Assembly: GCF_963921235.1 (NCBI RefSeq)
Contig: NC_086097.1
Span: forward strand, 125,180,001-125,244,000
DNA length: 64,000 nt
DNA from: Mobula hypostoma
Lineage: Eukaryota
Direction: 5' to 3'
Part shown: positions 12,769 to 24,325 of the stretch, piece after piece
Numbering within the stretch: position 1 is the first letter of the stretch
How the letters are laid out: every line of letters starts with the position of its first letter
Position numbers and translations under genes: made by a program
The notes under the pieces: generated by a model
Told to the model about the DNA's origin: nothing
Database searches by the model: none
The model's input: the letters and a program-made list of their open reading frames with translations, nothing else

Positions 12769-14594
12769 GTAAGTGAACCTACTGGTTCTGACGGTCTTTA
12801 TCCGCTGCTCTATCTTTTAATGGTCCCTTTCTCTCTCTCCCCCACCCCCAACTCGACAAACCGGTGCCTTTATTCACACATCTCAGCCTGCCTACTTTTG
12901 TAAACCATAACTTTTCTTTATTAGTACAGATTTCTCTCTTTTTTAAAGTTATTAGTGGGAACTATATGCTGGTGTGGAATTTTGTGTTTTTGGCACCACA
13001 ACAACATAACTCTTTAATCGGCCATTTTCTGAAAAGTTCGGGGGGGGGGCCTTCAACTTCCAAAAACAAGTGAACTTTGTTTTGGATTGAAGACACCTCC
13101 CTTCCCCCTCTCACTGCTGTTGGAGGAGGGGGTGGTCCGTGATCTTGCGCTGGGCTGGCCGGGGCTCCGGTGCGCTCGGAGCTGACTTTCCTCAGGGAGG
13201 TCTGTCGCACCTAAAACCCCCCTCACCCCTCGCACACACAGGCCAGACCCACGGACGACCAATCGCACCCCCGCTGTCCGCTCCGCTGCGATTGAAAGCC
13301 CGCCCGATTGGGCATATGTGGGCGGTTAGGGTGAGGGAAGAAATGGGGAACAAACATTTATTCTCTCATTCTCCCCCTCCCCTCTTCCTCCAATGTAAAT
13401 TCTGGCAGCTTAACTCACAGCATGAGAAGCAAAGGAGAAGGGCAATTCCTATGGGAATAATCAAAAGCCCCCTATTTTATTTCTAAATACGCAACTGCCA
13501 CACACCACCTCAGACAAAAGAAAACACTCTCCACGGTCCCTAGCGTCTTTCGACCTGACGGGACAACCACTATCCACCAGATCCTTCGGTGCTCAACATC
13601 AACATTCAGCCGGTCACGAAGAATTTACTGCAGAAGCATCATCGATGGTTGACAATAACCACACTGTTTATTTCATTAGTGTTTAGAAGGGCACATTTTG
13701 GATTTCACTTTTAAAAAATTGGCAAAATCCTTTTATGATTCCCAGCTCCTTAAAGCCACCAGTGGGAGGACAAACTTCTAAGAATCTGGCTGTAAGGCTC
13801 TTCTTCTGAAGTAAAGCCCCGCTATGGTCAAAACACCGGCAGGAGCACTTCTCGTCACGTTTGAAGAGAACCACTACCACTACCAAGTTGTTTTTTCCTC
13901 TGGCAGAGGCGTCTGTTTTGGAGGGGGAGAGTGGGTGGTGCTTTTGTGAGTTATTATTTTGATTTGTTATCCACTTTTTTTAAACCAATGATCGTAGAAT
14001 CTACTTTGCGAGTTTGGAGGAGCGTCAACAATTGCACCAATAATGGGGGATAGGTACAGTATAAGAAAACAATCCTGTGTAAGGTTGACCGTTTTGACGC
14101 TTCTCTACAACAATGTAGTAATATCTGGAAATGTAGCAGAACTGCATTGGAAGTAGCCTTGATTAAACGTCTGCTCTCCACAGATACTGACTGACTTGTT
14201 GACTATTTTCACCTCTCATTTTTTTAATGCCTCAGAAGTTGCATAATTTTAACAAGAATCTATAAAGTACTACTAATGCAGAAATATTCAAGTTTAAAAA
14301 CTTACAATGGTGGGTATGTTCAGCAGCCACCTCTGAAGTGAGAAATGGATTTAATTTTTCAGAAGAAGCTTTGGAATGAATATTAAGATTCCTGAGAAGT
14401 ATGTCCAAAACTTTATATTTGTTGTTTGTTATAGCGATAGTGAAAATAGTGTTCCCAAATCCCCAAAAGAATTTGCTGATTATAAAATGACATAAACCTG
14501 TAACAAAAGCTTCCACCACAGATGCTGCCAAATCTTTGAGTATTTCCAGCATGACTTGTTTTTTTATAACACTGAATCAATTACAGATCAGACC

Positions 14595-14970
14595 TAAAGA
14601 CCTAATGAAACCTGTCGGATATCAAAAGGCCTAGGTAGAGTGGACATGGAGATGATGGTTCCTTTAGCTGGGGAGTCTAGAACCAGAGGGCACAACTTCA
14701 GAATAGAAGGGCAGCCCTTTAGAACAGAGATGAGGAGGAACATCTCTAGGGTGCTGAATCTGTGGAATTCATTGCAACAGATGGCTGTGGAGGCCAAGTC
14801 ATTGGGTATATTTAAAGTGGTGGCTGATAGCTTCATGATTAGTAAGGGCATAAAAGGGTATGGGAGAAGGAGAATGGGGTTGAGAAGTATAATAAATCAG
14901 CCTTGACGGAATGGTGGAGAAGACTTGATGGGCAGAATGGCCTAGTTCTACTCCTTTGTCTTATGGTTTT
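14595..14970 (+). mobile_element. CR1 LINE 3' end
   Basis: GESRTRGHNFRIEGQPFRTEMRRN...LWNSL followed by the CR1 3' hairpin and tail. Confidence 0.85.
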
Positions 14971-15849
14971 AAAGTCAGCATGTCTAACAATGGTTAATAC
15001 TATGCAGTATGGTCTATACATAATCACCTAGCATTTCTTTATAAAGAAATAATAATACTTACAAATATATTTTATTATCACCAAATGAAGGGACACCGTG
15101 GGCCAGAAGGCAGATTAAAATTGGGGGGGGGGTGTGGAAATCAATAAATTGCACCCTATTTAGATAGTCACTTAAACAAAGAGCATTTATGCAGGTCAGT
15201 GAGGTAACTCTTGTGAGCCTTAATATCCATTCCAAACTTTTGACCAAAAGCATAATTGAAGCAATTGGATTGAAGTAGGATTCCCAATGTTTGTTTGCTG
15301 GGAATCCCTCCCTATAATTTTCTCCAATCACCTTAAAATTATGTCCCCTGGTATTAGTCATTGCTGTCCTGAGAGAGTCTCTATCTAACCATTCAATGTA
15401 TGCCTCTTATCATCTTGTACACTTCTATCAAGTCACTTTTTATCCTCCTTTGCTCCAAAGAGAAAAGTCCTAACTTGCTCAATCTAGCCTCATGTAACAT
15501 GCTGACAAAATCCAGGCAACATCCTGGTAAGTCTCAACTACACCCTCTCTAAAGCTTCCTCATCTCTTCCATAATGAGGTGATTAGAACTGAACACAATA
15601 TTCCAAGTGTGATCTAACCAGGGTTTTATAGAGCTGCATCATTACCTCGTGACTCTTGGACTCAGTCCCTCAACTATTGAAGACCAAAGCACCCTACCAA
15701 CTTTATCTACTTCTGCAGCAACTTTGAAGGAACTATGGATGTGATGGGGTTGATACTTATGGGAGGGGATCAGTTGTGATAGACAGAGGATTCTCTTAAT
15801 TGAATCATTGCAGTCATCTGTAACGTCGGGGCAAAATAGAAAAGGGTGA

Positions 15850-17560
15850 CAAATACAGGACTGAAAATGTAATATTTGAGTGCACACAGTATACGGAATA
15901 AGGTAGATGATCTTGTAGCACAGTTAGAGATTGGCAGGTATGACATTGAGGCATGACTTAATTAAGAAGTTGGGAGTATAACATCCAAGGATACACATTG
16001 CATGAAAAGGACTGGCAGGTAGCCAAAGGGGTTGAGATGGCTCAGTTGGTTAAAAAAAATGAAATCAAATCCTTAGAAAGAAGTGACAAAGGATCAGCAG
16101 ATGTAGAATTCTTGTTGGGGTTAGAGTTAAGAAATTGCAAAGGCAAGAAGACCCTGATGGGAGTTGTATACAGGCCCCCAAACAGTAGCCAGGATGTGGG
16201 ATATAAATTTCAATGGGAAATAGAAAACGCATGTATAAAGGGCAATGTTACGATAGTCATGGGGGTTTTCAGTTGTCAGGCAGATTGGTAAAATTAGGGT
16301 GGTACTGGATCCCAAGAGAGGGAATTTGTAGAATGTCTGTGAGATGACTTTTTAGAGCAGCTTGTGGTTGAGCCCACCAAGGGAAAAGGCAATTCTGGAT
16401 TAGCTGTTGTGTAAAGAACCAGATTTGATTATGGAGTTTAAGGTAAAGGAACCCTTAGGAGACAATGAACATAATATGATAGAATTCATCCTGCAGTTTG
16501 AGAGGGAGAAGATAAAGGCTGATGTATCAGTATTACAGTGGCATGAGAGAGGAGCTGTCCAAAGCTGATTGGAAGGAGATACTAACAAGGATGATGGTAG
16601 ATCAGCAATGGCTGGAGTATCTGGGGGCAATTTGGAAGGCACAGGATGGACACATCCCAAATGTGAAGGAGTACTCTAAAGGGAGGATGAGGCAATTGTG
16701 GGTGATAAAGGGAAGTCAAAGATAGCATAAAAGTAAAGGAGTGGGCATATAAAATAGCAAAATTTAGTCGGAAGATAGAGAATTTGGAAGCTTTTAAAAA
16801 CCAACAGAAGGCAAGCAAAAAAAAACGTAAGAAGAGAAAAGATGAAATGTGAAGGTAAGCTAGCCAATATATCAAAGAGCATACCAAAAGTTTTTTTTAG
16901 ATATATAATAATGGGGAACAAAGAAATAGTGGATGAACTGAATATATATTTTGTGTCATTCTTCACTGTGGAAGACACTAGCAGTATGCCAGAAGTTCAG
17001 GGGTAATGGGGTAGAAGAGTGTGTAGTTGCAATTAGTAAGGAGAAGGTGCATGGGAAGCTGAAAGATCTGAAGGTGGATAAATCTCCTGGACCCTCCTAC
17101 ACCTCAGGGTTCTGAAAGAGGTAGCTGAAGAGATTGTCGAGGTATTAGTAATGATCTTTGAAGAATCATTAGCTTCTGCAATGGTTCTGGAGGACTAGAA
17201 AATTGCAAATGTCTCTCCATTCTTTAAGAAGGGAGGTAGGCATAAGAAAAGAAATTATAGGCCAGTTAGCCTGACTTCAGTGGCTGGGAAGATGTTTGAA
17301 TCCATTATTAAGGATGAGGTTTTGGGATACTTGGAGGTGCATGATAATGTAGACCAAGGTCAGCAAGACCTCCTTAAGGGGAAATCCTGTCTGACAAAAC
17401 TGACGGAATTCTTTGAGGAAATAACAGGCAGGATAGACAAAGGATAGTCAATGGATGCTGTATATTTGAATTTTCAGAAGGCCCTTGACACAATGTCACA
17501 CATGAGGCTGCTTAGCAAGATAAGAGCCCGTGGTATTACAGGAAAGATACTAGTGTGGAC
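15850..17560 (+). mobile_element. CR1 LINE ORF2 fragment (APE endonuclease to RT N-terminus), degenerate
   Basis: ELRNCKGKKTLMGVVYRPPNS, plus DKSPGP-, NYRPVSLTS- and GKSCLT-like segments broken by frameshifts and stops. Confidence 0.88.
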
Positions 17561-17684
17561 ATCAGACGTTCTATGACCTAGAAACGGGCATCATCCATGG
17601 AAAAAGGAAATCACCTTTTAAACTCACGGGGAGCATAGGCCATCAACTTTTTGCTGTTGATGTTTCTATATCAGGAAATTTCTC

Positions 17685-17953
17685 TTTTACGAGGTCGAGT
17701 TGCTAGCTCGATGCTCAACCCAGCACGGACGGAAAGCGTGCCAGGGGAGCCAGCTGGGTTCGAACTCGGGAGCCTTCGCTCTGAAGTCCGGCGCTGATGC
17801 CACTACGCCACCAACATACATCAAAGTTGCTGGTGAACGCAGCAGGCCAAGCAGCATCTATAGGAAGAGGCGCAGTCGACGTTTCAGGCCGAGACCCTTG
17901 CATCTGCAGAATTCCTGTTGTTTGCGTTTAAATCCACTATGCCACCAGCCGGC
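17685..17953 (-). mobile_element. tRNA(Arg)-like SINE interrupted by a Penelope terminal fragment (17814-17933)
   Basis: Minus strand shows A box TGGCGTAGTGG, GACTTCAGA and B box GAGTTCGAACCC. A duplicated CCACTAYGCCACCA (17800-17813, 17934-17947) flanks the insert. Confidence 0.75.
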
Positions 17954-18123
17954 GATCATCCGTGAATGAAACTGAATTTTTCCTGTTGCCACCATTGCCC
18001 TTCCCCACATAGTCACTATCCCAAATCCTCACCTCCAATTAGTCTATACCTTAGTCCTCTATGAATAGGTTGCTTATCCAGAGTAGACAAAGATTATCAG
18101 TATTGTAGTAGCAGATAATATAA

Positions 18124-18628
18124 ACACAGTGGCCACTTCATTACATACACCTGTACATCTTGTTAATGCAAATATCTAATTGGACAATCATACAGCAGCA
18201 ACTCAATGCTTTAATGTATGCAGACATAGTCAGAAGGTTCAGTTGTTTTTTAGACCAGACATCAGAACGGGGAAGAAATGTGATATGAGTGACTTTGACC
18301 ATGGAATAATTGTTGGTGCCAGGTGTGGTTGTTTGAGTATCTCAGAAACTGCTGATCTCCTGGAGTTTTCATGCAGAATGGTGCAAAATACAAAAACCTC
18401 CAGTGAGTGGCAGATCTGTGGGCAAAAATGCTGTGTTAATGAGAGGGGTTAGAGCAGAATAGCCAGACTGGTTCAAGCTGACGGAAAAGCACCCGTAACT
18501 CAAATAACCACAGTTTGCCTCGGGGTGTGCAGAAGATCATCTCTAAATGCCTTAAAGTGAACGGGCTGCAGCAGGAGAAGACCACTCCGGGTTCCACTCC
18601 TCTATCAAATAAAGTTACCACTGAGTGC
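18124..18628 (+). mobile_element. Non-autonomous Tc1-like element, copy 2
   Basis: cagtggccacttcatt...aaagttaccactgagtg terminal inverted repeats; GKKCDMSDFDHGIIVGARCGCLSISETADLL. Confidence 0.85.
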
Positions 18629-19969
18629 ATATTCAGAAGGGGAGGTTTATGAATGATTATCCCTTTTCTATTCAGAAGTAGATAATGGAAAATCCTAGAG
18701 ATTGGAAAGAAAATTACTGCAATCGCTGGAAATCAGGAACAAAAATAGGATACTCAGTTGCTCAGACAGCATCCTTGGGGGAAGAGAGATAACGTTTTAG
18801 GTCTGTCAAAGAACTGCAGTTGTATTTATTATTTTTTAATGGCAAGGTTGAATCCATTTGTACATACATTTCCAAAAATCATTTCATTTGATACATCAGA
18901 TCAAGGGTGGCAAGGTAGCATAGTGGCTAGTGGAACACCATTGCAGTGCGAACAACCTGCTGCTGCCTGTAAGGGGTTTGTATGTTCTCCCCAGAGTTTC
19001 CTCCCATATTCCAAGACGTACAGGTTAGTAGCTTATCTGGTCACATGGGTGTAATTGGGCCGCGCAGGTTCATTGGGCTGCGCAGGTTCATTGGGCTGGA
19101 AGGGCCTGTTACCGTAATGTATCTCTAAATAAAAAGTAAAGACCACAGGTGACTAGGGTTAAACTTGAGAATGATTTGTTTAAATTGATCGCTGATAGAA
19201 AATGAAGAACTTCTGTTTAGCTGAAGAAGAGTGGAAAACTTTGTTATAGGATGCTTTAATTAATTCATTTAGAAATTCAATGAAAACAGGTCAAATTTCC
19301 AGATAAGTTGGAAGGGTCAATGATATCAAGGGAGTAGTTCCGAGCTACTGAATCAAAACTGGGAGAGGAGTGGTGAATTAATTTAATATAGGTAATTGTA
19401 ACATGCTGTATTTGGGCACTTAATAATGGATGTGTAAATATCTATGATATTAAGAGAATTAGGAACTTTGGTGGACTGAGTATGGAAAATGCTCAGTTAG
19501 AGGGGAGTGCTGGTCAATAAAGCTTAAAAAAGTAACCTGATCTCTCTAACCAGAAGAATTGAATATTTTATCATCTCCAAAGCAAATAATATCTTGAATA
19601 CAGTGTTTAAATTTGTTTCTCAAGACACAGAGTGTAGAAGGGCCACAAGGCCTGACCAGTGAATAAAAAGGAAAAAGTTCTTAGTAAATGTTACCATATA
19701 CTACCCTGCGGTTCATTTTCTTGCGGGCATTCATAGCAGATACAGTAGAATGAATGAAGAACATACAAAGGTGGACAAACAACCAATGTGCAACAGACAA
19801 CAAATTGTGCAAATGCAAAAAAGAAAAAAAGAATAATAGTAATAAATAAGTAATATTGAGAACATGAGTTGTAGAGTCCTTGAAAGTAAGTCTGTAGGTT
19901 GTGGAATCAGTTCAGAGTTGAGGTGAATGAAGTTATCCTGATGGTTGAAGAGTTGGGGAAACTTGTAGT

Positions 19970-20215
19970 TGTTGTGTATTTAATATTTCAATGATATTTG
20001 AGTAATACTATAGATATATTGTTTGATTAAGCATTCTTTGTTTAAGTAATTCATTATGGGTTGTATGTAATAGTACGTTAATGGCGTCTGTCATCATGCC
20101 ACCACGTCATACGAGTGCACCCTGCTTAAGGTAAAAATGAAACTAGACACATTATTCCTGGCTCTCTGTTTTTGCTTTTAATTAGTTTTTACATTTTGGA
20201 GCTAAAAACATAACA
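19970..20215 (+). mobile_element. Short solo LTR (246 bp)
   Basis: TGTTGTGT...ACATAACA termini flanked by GTAGT/GCAGT (5-bp TSD with one mismatch). Orientation is uncertain. Confidence 0.6.
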
Positions 20216-21526
20216 GCAGTGTGGTGATGAAAGGATGTAAAGGGAGATCTTTGAGTTGATTTAATGGATGCAATCAGAGTAACTATAAATTTGCAGGATT
20301 GGCTTATCCATTTGATTTTAAATTTCAATATATGGGGGTGAAATATTGTTCTATTCTAGTGCAAAAGCAAAGTTGTCATTGACTTTAGGAAATCATGATG
20401 GTTTCATTGTGGATTACATTCCCAATTAAATATTGTAACTGTGAAATCCTTGGATTTGTTTACAAAACATTTGAGAGCTATAATGAACTTTGAGTGATTT
20501 CTCAATCGTTGAATTGTGATTTTTTTTATTATTGACCATCAATACTATGAAACAATATTCTTCGGTTGAGATTAGGACTTTAGCCAAATGTTCTTCAATC
20601 TCCAGGAGTCCTTTTCTGTTTGTAATAGAACGGTAACTGAGACATATTTTTCTACTTCCTGTCCAACAGCTTTATTGAGATGTGTTCCCATGGGTGTTAA
20701 CTGCATGGAGTTAAGCCCTAGTCCATAGAACTGAATTGGGCTAAGTCTGCTAGGGCCCTCTATTAAGTAGCTAGTGTAAAGGATTAGCACAAAACTAAAC
20801 TGTACAGACCCAGAATGTGACCTGTGCCGATGTATATGATCTCAATTGAAGTCTGGTCAAGGTGTTACCTCAAACTTCCATCAGTTAATGTGGAATTTGG
20901 CTTCAAATGCTCCTTATCTAATGATAGGGGAGTGCGCAGGAATTTAAATTAGATGCTTTTGAAGAAGCATGTTAAACCTCTCTGTATGCACTTTGCACAT
21001 TTATAATGTGGTCAGAGACTATGGCGGGGTGGAATTGTATGCCCCAGCAGGGTGGGAAAGGGGCTTGTTTTGCTGTTGTTTTGTTTAAGCATTTAAGTTT
21101 GCTGACATCACCACTGTCGTCAGCCAAATCAAAGGTGGTGACAAATCAGCATATAGGAGGGAGACTGTGATTTTGGCTGAATGTTGCCCACAACAACTTC
21201 TCACTCAATGTTAGCAAAACCAAAAAGCAGCAGGAAACCAGAGGCCCACGAGCCAGTCCTCATCAGGGAATCAGGGGTGGAGAGAGTCAGAAACATTAAA
21301 TTCCTAGGTGTGGTGGAGAGTATACTGACTGGTTGTATCATAGCCTGGCATGGAAGCACCTGGTATGGCACAAAGAAGCCTGCAAAAAAAAGTAGTGAAT
21401 ACGGCCCAGTCCATCTCAGGTAAAGCCGTTCCTACCACTGAGTACCTTTGTAAGGAGCACTGTTACAAGAAAATAGCATGTCTCGTTATGGACCACCACG
21501 ATCCAGGCCATGCCCTCTTCTCATTG

Positions 21527-22661
21527 TGTCATGGTCTGGTCCGTGAAGTCTGCATTCCGGTTCATGGTCCGGTTCATCGACCCTTGCTCCAGGTTTTCCT
21601 GTCTACCCTGTTTCTGTTCCTCTTGAGCACTAATTGAGGTAGCTGATTCTTGTTGGGGCTGGCTGCATAAATACCTCCAGAAACCAAGGCGTGGCTGCTG
21701 GATTGTTGTTGTCCTTACCCCTTGTATCCCTTCCCCTGCCTTCTGTTTCCTCACCTGAAGCCCTGCCTTGTCTTGCTGGTAACTCTCGCCTTGTCTTGCC
21801 TTGCCTCGCCTGTAGTCTTGTCTTGGAGCCACCCTGTACCTCGCTCCCTTCCTGTCCCTTGCCTCCGCGGGTAAGTCAGGCCACCTTGCCATTACCCTGC
21901 AGTTGGTTCTGTCCCTTCCTGCCCCTTGCCTCTGGCAGGTAAGTCAGGCCGTCTTGCAGTTACCTACGGTTGGTGCTGTCCGTTCCTGTCCCTTGCCTCC
22001 GTTGGGTGGAGATCCGTGCCCTGCCCAGGAGTTCCGCGCCCTGCCCAGGAGGAACTTCAAGAACCCAAGCCTCGAGCCTCGCCCTAAGCCAAGCTTCAAG
22101 ACCTCAAGCCTCGAGCCTTGCCCCAAGCCAAGCTTCAAGACCCCAAGCCTCGAGCCTCGCCCCAAGCCAAGCTTCAAGACCCCAAGCCTCGAGCCTCGCC
22201 CCAAGCCAAGCTTCAAGACCCCAAGCCTCGAGCCTCGCCCCAAGCCAAGCTTCAAGACCCCAAGCCTCAAGCCTTGCCCCAAGCCAAGCTTCAAGACCCC
22301 AAGACTCGAGCCTCGCCCCAAGCCAAGCTACAAGACCCCATGCCTCGAGCCTCACCCCAAGCCAAGCCTCAAGAACCCAAGCCTCGCCTCAAGTCTCCAG
22401 CCTCATCCTGCCTGCCAGCCAAGTCACGTCCTTGCCTAGTGCTGGGGTCCGAGCCAGAGGTAAGACTCAGGTTCTGGGTCCTTGTCCAGTCTCTGGCTCA
22501 GAGTTCAAGCCCAGGCTCCTAGCTCTCTTGTCCAGTCCTGTTCTGGGTTCCCGGTTTTCTTGTCCTTGTCCTAGCCCTCACCCTGTATCCTAATCCTGTC
22601 CCTAGTACTTCAGTGTCTGTGTCTTGCACTTGGATCTGTTCCCAGCCACCTCCTTATGACA
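21527..22661 (+). mobile_element. Solo LTR (1135 bp) with CATTG target-site duplication
   Basis: TGTCA...TGACA termini; CATTG at 21522-21526 and 22662-22666. Shares blocks with the LTR at 39212-40667. Confidence 0.88.
22056..22386 (+). repeat. 39-bp minisatellite (~8.5 copies) inside the solo LTR
   Basis: Unit TTCAAGACCCCAAGCCTCGAGCCTCGCCCCAAGCCAAGC. It explains the 13-aa periodic ORFs seen in several frames. Confidence 0.95.
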
Positions 22662-23425
22662 CATTGCTGCCATCAGGAAGGAGGTACTGGAGTCTCAAGT
22701 CCAACACCACCGGGTTCAGGAACAGTTAGTACCCCTCAACCATCAGTCCTGAACCAGAGGGAATAACTTCATTCACTCTAACAATGAGAACTGTTGAATC
22801 TACAGACTCACTTTCAAGGACTATATGCAACATATGTGTTCTCCATATTTATTGCTCATTTATTTATTATTTTTCTTTTCTTTTTGTATTTGCATAATTT
22901 GTGATCTTTTGCATATTGATTGTTTGTCTCTGTCATCTGTTTTTCATTGATTCTATTGTATTTCTTTCTATTTACTATGAATTCCCACAAGAAAATGAAT
23001 CTCAGGGTAGGGTATGGTGACATAATTGTACATTGTTAATGAGTTTACTTTCAACTTTGAACTTTTGCTGTTAATACAACCGGAGTTTACTGTATGTACA
23101 TGTGATAAATAAATCTGTATCTTTGGCTCCACTCCCTACTACCTGTGTATGCATCAACCTAGTCAGTTCTAGGAAATGCAAGCACTGTTTGATGCTGGCA
23201 TTCGTCTTGATTGTTTTGTCCCGTGTGGGCATAACTGACGAGTTAAACTTGCAGGGAGTTTTGCAGAGTGCTGCGACTTTAAAAACTGTATTTCCAGTAA
23301 TGATGCAAAACCTTTTGGAAGTAAGGAAATTGTATAGGTGTAAATTGTTCTGGAAAAAATATTGATTTCAAAATATTTCATTGGTGCCCAACTGCAGAGT
23401 TTTGGTATTTATATACGATCTATAT

Positions 23426-23922
23426 ACACTCAGTGGGCACTTATTTGGTAACTTGTTAATGCAAATATCTAATCAGCCAATCATGTGGCAGTAACTCAGT
23501 GCATAAAAGCATGTAGACATGGTCAAGATGTTCAGACCAAACAGCAGAATGGGAAAGAAATGTGATCTAAGTGACTCTGACCATGGAATGATTATTGGTG
23601 CTGGATGGAATGGCTTGAGTATCTCAGAAACTGCTGATCTCCTTGGATTTTCACTCAAAATAGTCTCTAAAGTTTACAGAGACTGGGTGCATAACTCAAG
23701 AAAACAACCAGTGAGCAGCAGTTCTGTGGGTGAAAATACCTTGTTAGTGAAAGAGGTGAGAGGAGAATGGCCAGACTGGTTCAAGCTGACAGGAAGGCAA
23801 CAGTAACTTAAATAACCGTGCATTATAACAGTGGTGTGCAGAAAATTATCTCCTAATGCATAACACTTCAAACCTTGAAGTGAATGGATTACAACAGCAG
23901 AGGACCACAAACATACACTAAG
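23426..23922 (+). mobile_element. Non-autonomous Tc1-like element, copy 3
   Basis: Starts acactcagtgggcac; GKKCDLSDSDHGMIIGAGWNGLSISETADLLGFS. Confidence 0.82.
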
Positions 23923-23959
23923 TGAATGTGTGAATAAATGATCAAATAATGGTAAATTG

Positions 23960-24325
23960 GGTGACGGGATGGAGATAATGTCTCTGCCAAAGGAGGTGTG
24001 AGGTGCTCTTTCCTTCTGCCAGCCTGCAAGTCACCCTTGGGCAAGGTATAGCACCTCCTTAGCACCCCACCCCACCTTCAGGGTCATGTGAAGCCATGGG
24101 AGCAGGTGGTTTGTGGTCGTGTGAGCAATTGGCGCATATCACAAGTCCTGGTTATTTGACCACACATGCCAGGCAGACCGTCTCTGAAGATATTGATAAT
24201 GGCTGAGGTCACCCATCTTGTAAAGACCCTGCTCAGAAGATGTCAAAGGCAAACCACTTCTGTAGAGCAATCATAGTCATGGAAAGACATGATTGCCTAC
24301 ATCATACGACAAGGCACATAACAAA
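23960..24325 (+). mobile_element. Short non-autonomous RTE-related retroelement
   Basis: Contains ctcagaagatgtcaaaggcaaaccacttc, resembling the Bov-A/RTE GAAGGCAATGGCAACCCAC motif. Family assignment is by memory only. Confidence 0.45.

Larger units (their letters stand above)
12040..13330 (+). promoter_or_regulatory. grhl2: CpG-rich promoter, 5'UTR and proximal intron 1 of grhl2
   Basis: TE-free, visibly CpG- and GC-rich block spanning exon 1, against CpG-poor flanks. Contains CAGGTG/CAGGTA boxes and ACCGGT GRHL-like cores. Boundaries estimated by eye; TSS not determined. Confidence 0.75.
21100..23062 (+). mobile_element. Rex/L2-type LINE 3' part, split by a solo LTR
   Basis: KFADITTVV, VERVRNIKFLGV and ESILTGCIIAW remnants. 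The sequence resumes after the LTR (ctcttctcattg|ctgccatcagg) and ends in a (ttgaact)-type tail. Confidence 0.75.

Noticed and set aside
17750..17953. Selenocysteine or suppressor tRNA (TCA anticodon)
   Set aside because: No proper acceptor stem or long variable arm, and it is interrupted by an insertion. TCA is best explained as CpG decay of TCG in a SINE head.
21903..22593. Long overlapping repetitive ORFs (178-207 aa), or a CRISPR-like array
   Set aside because: They arise from a stop-free 39-bp tandem repeat in a solo LTR. There are no unique spacers, no cas genes, and the context is eukaryotic.
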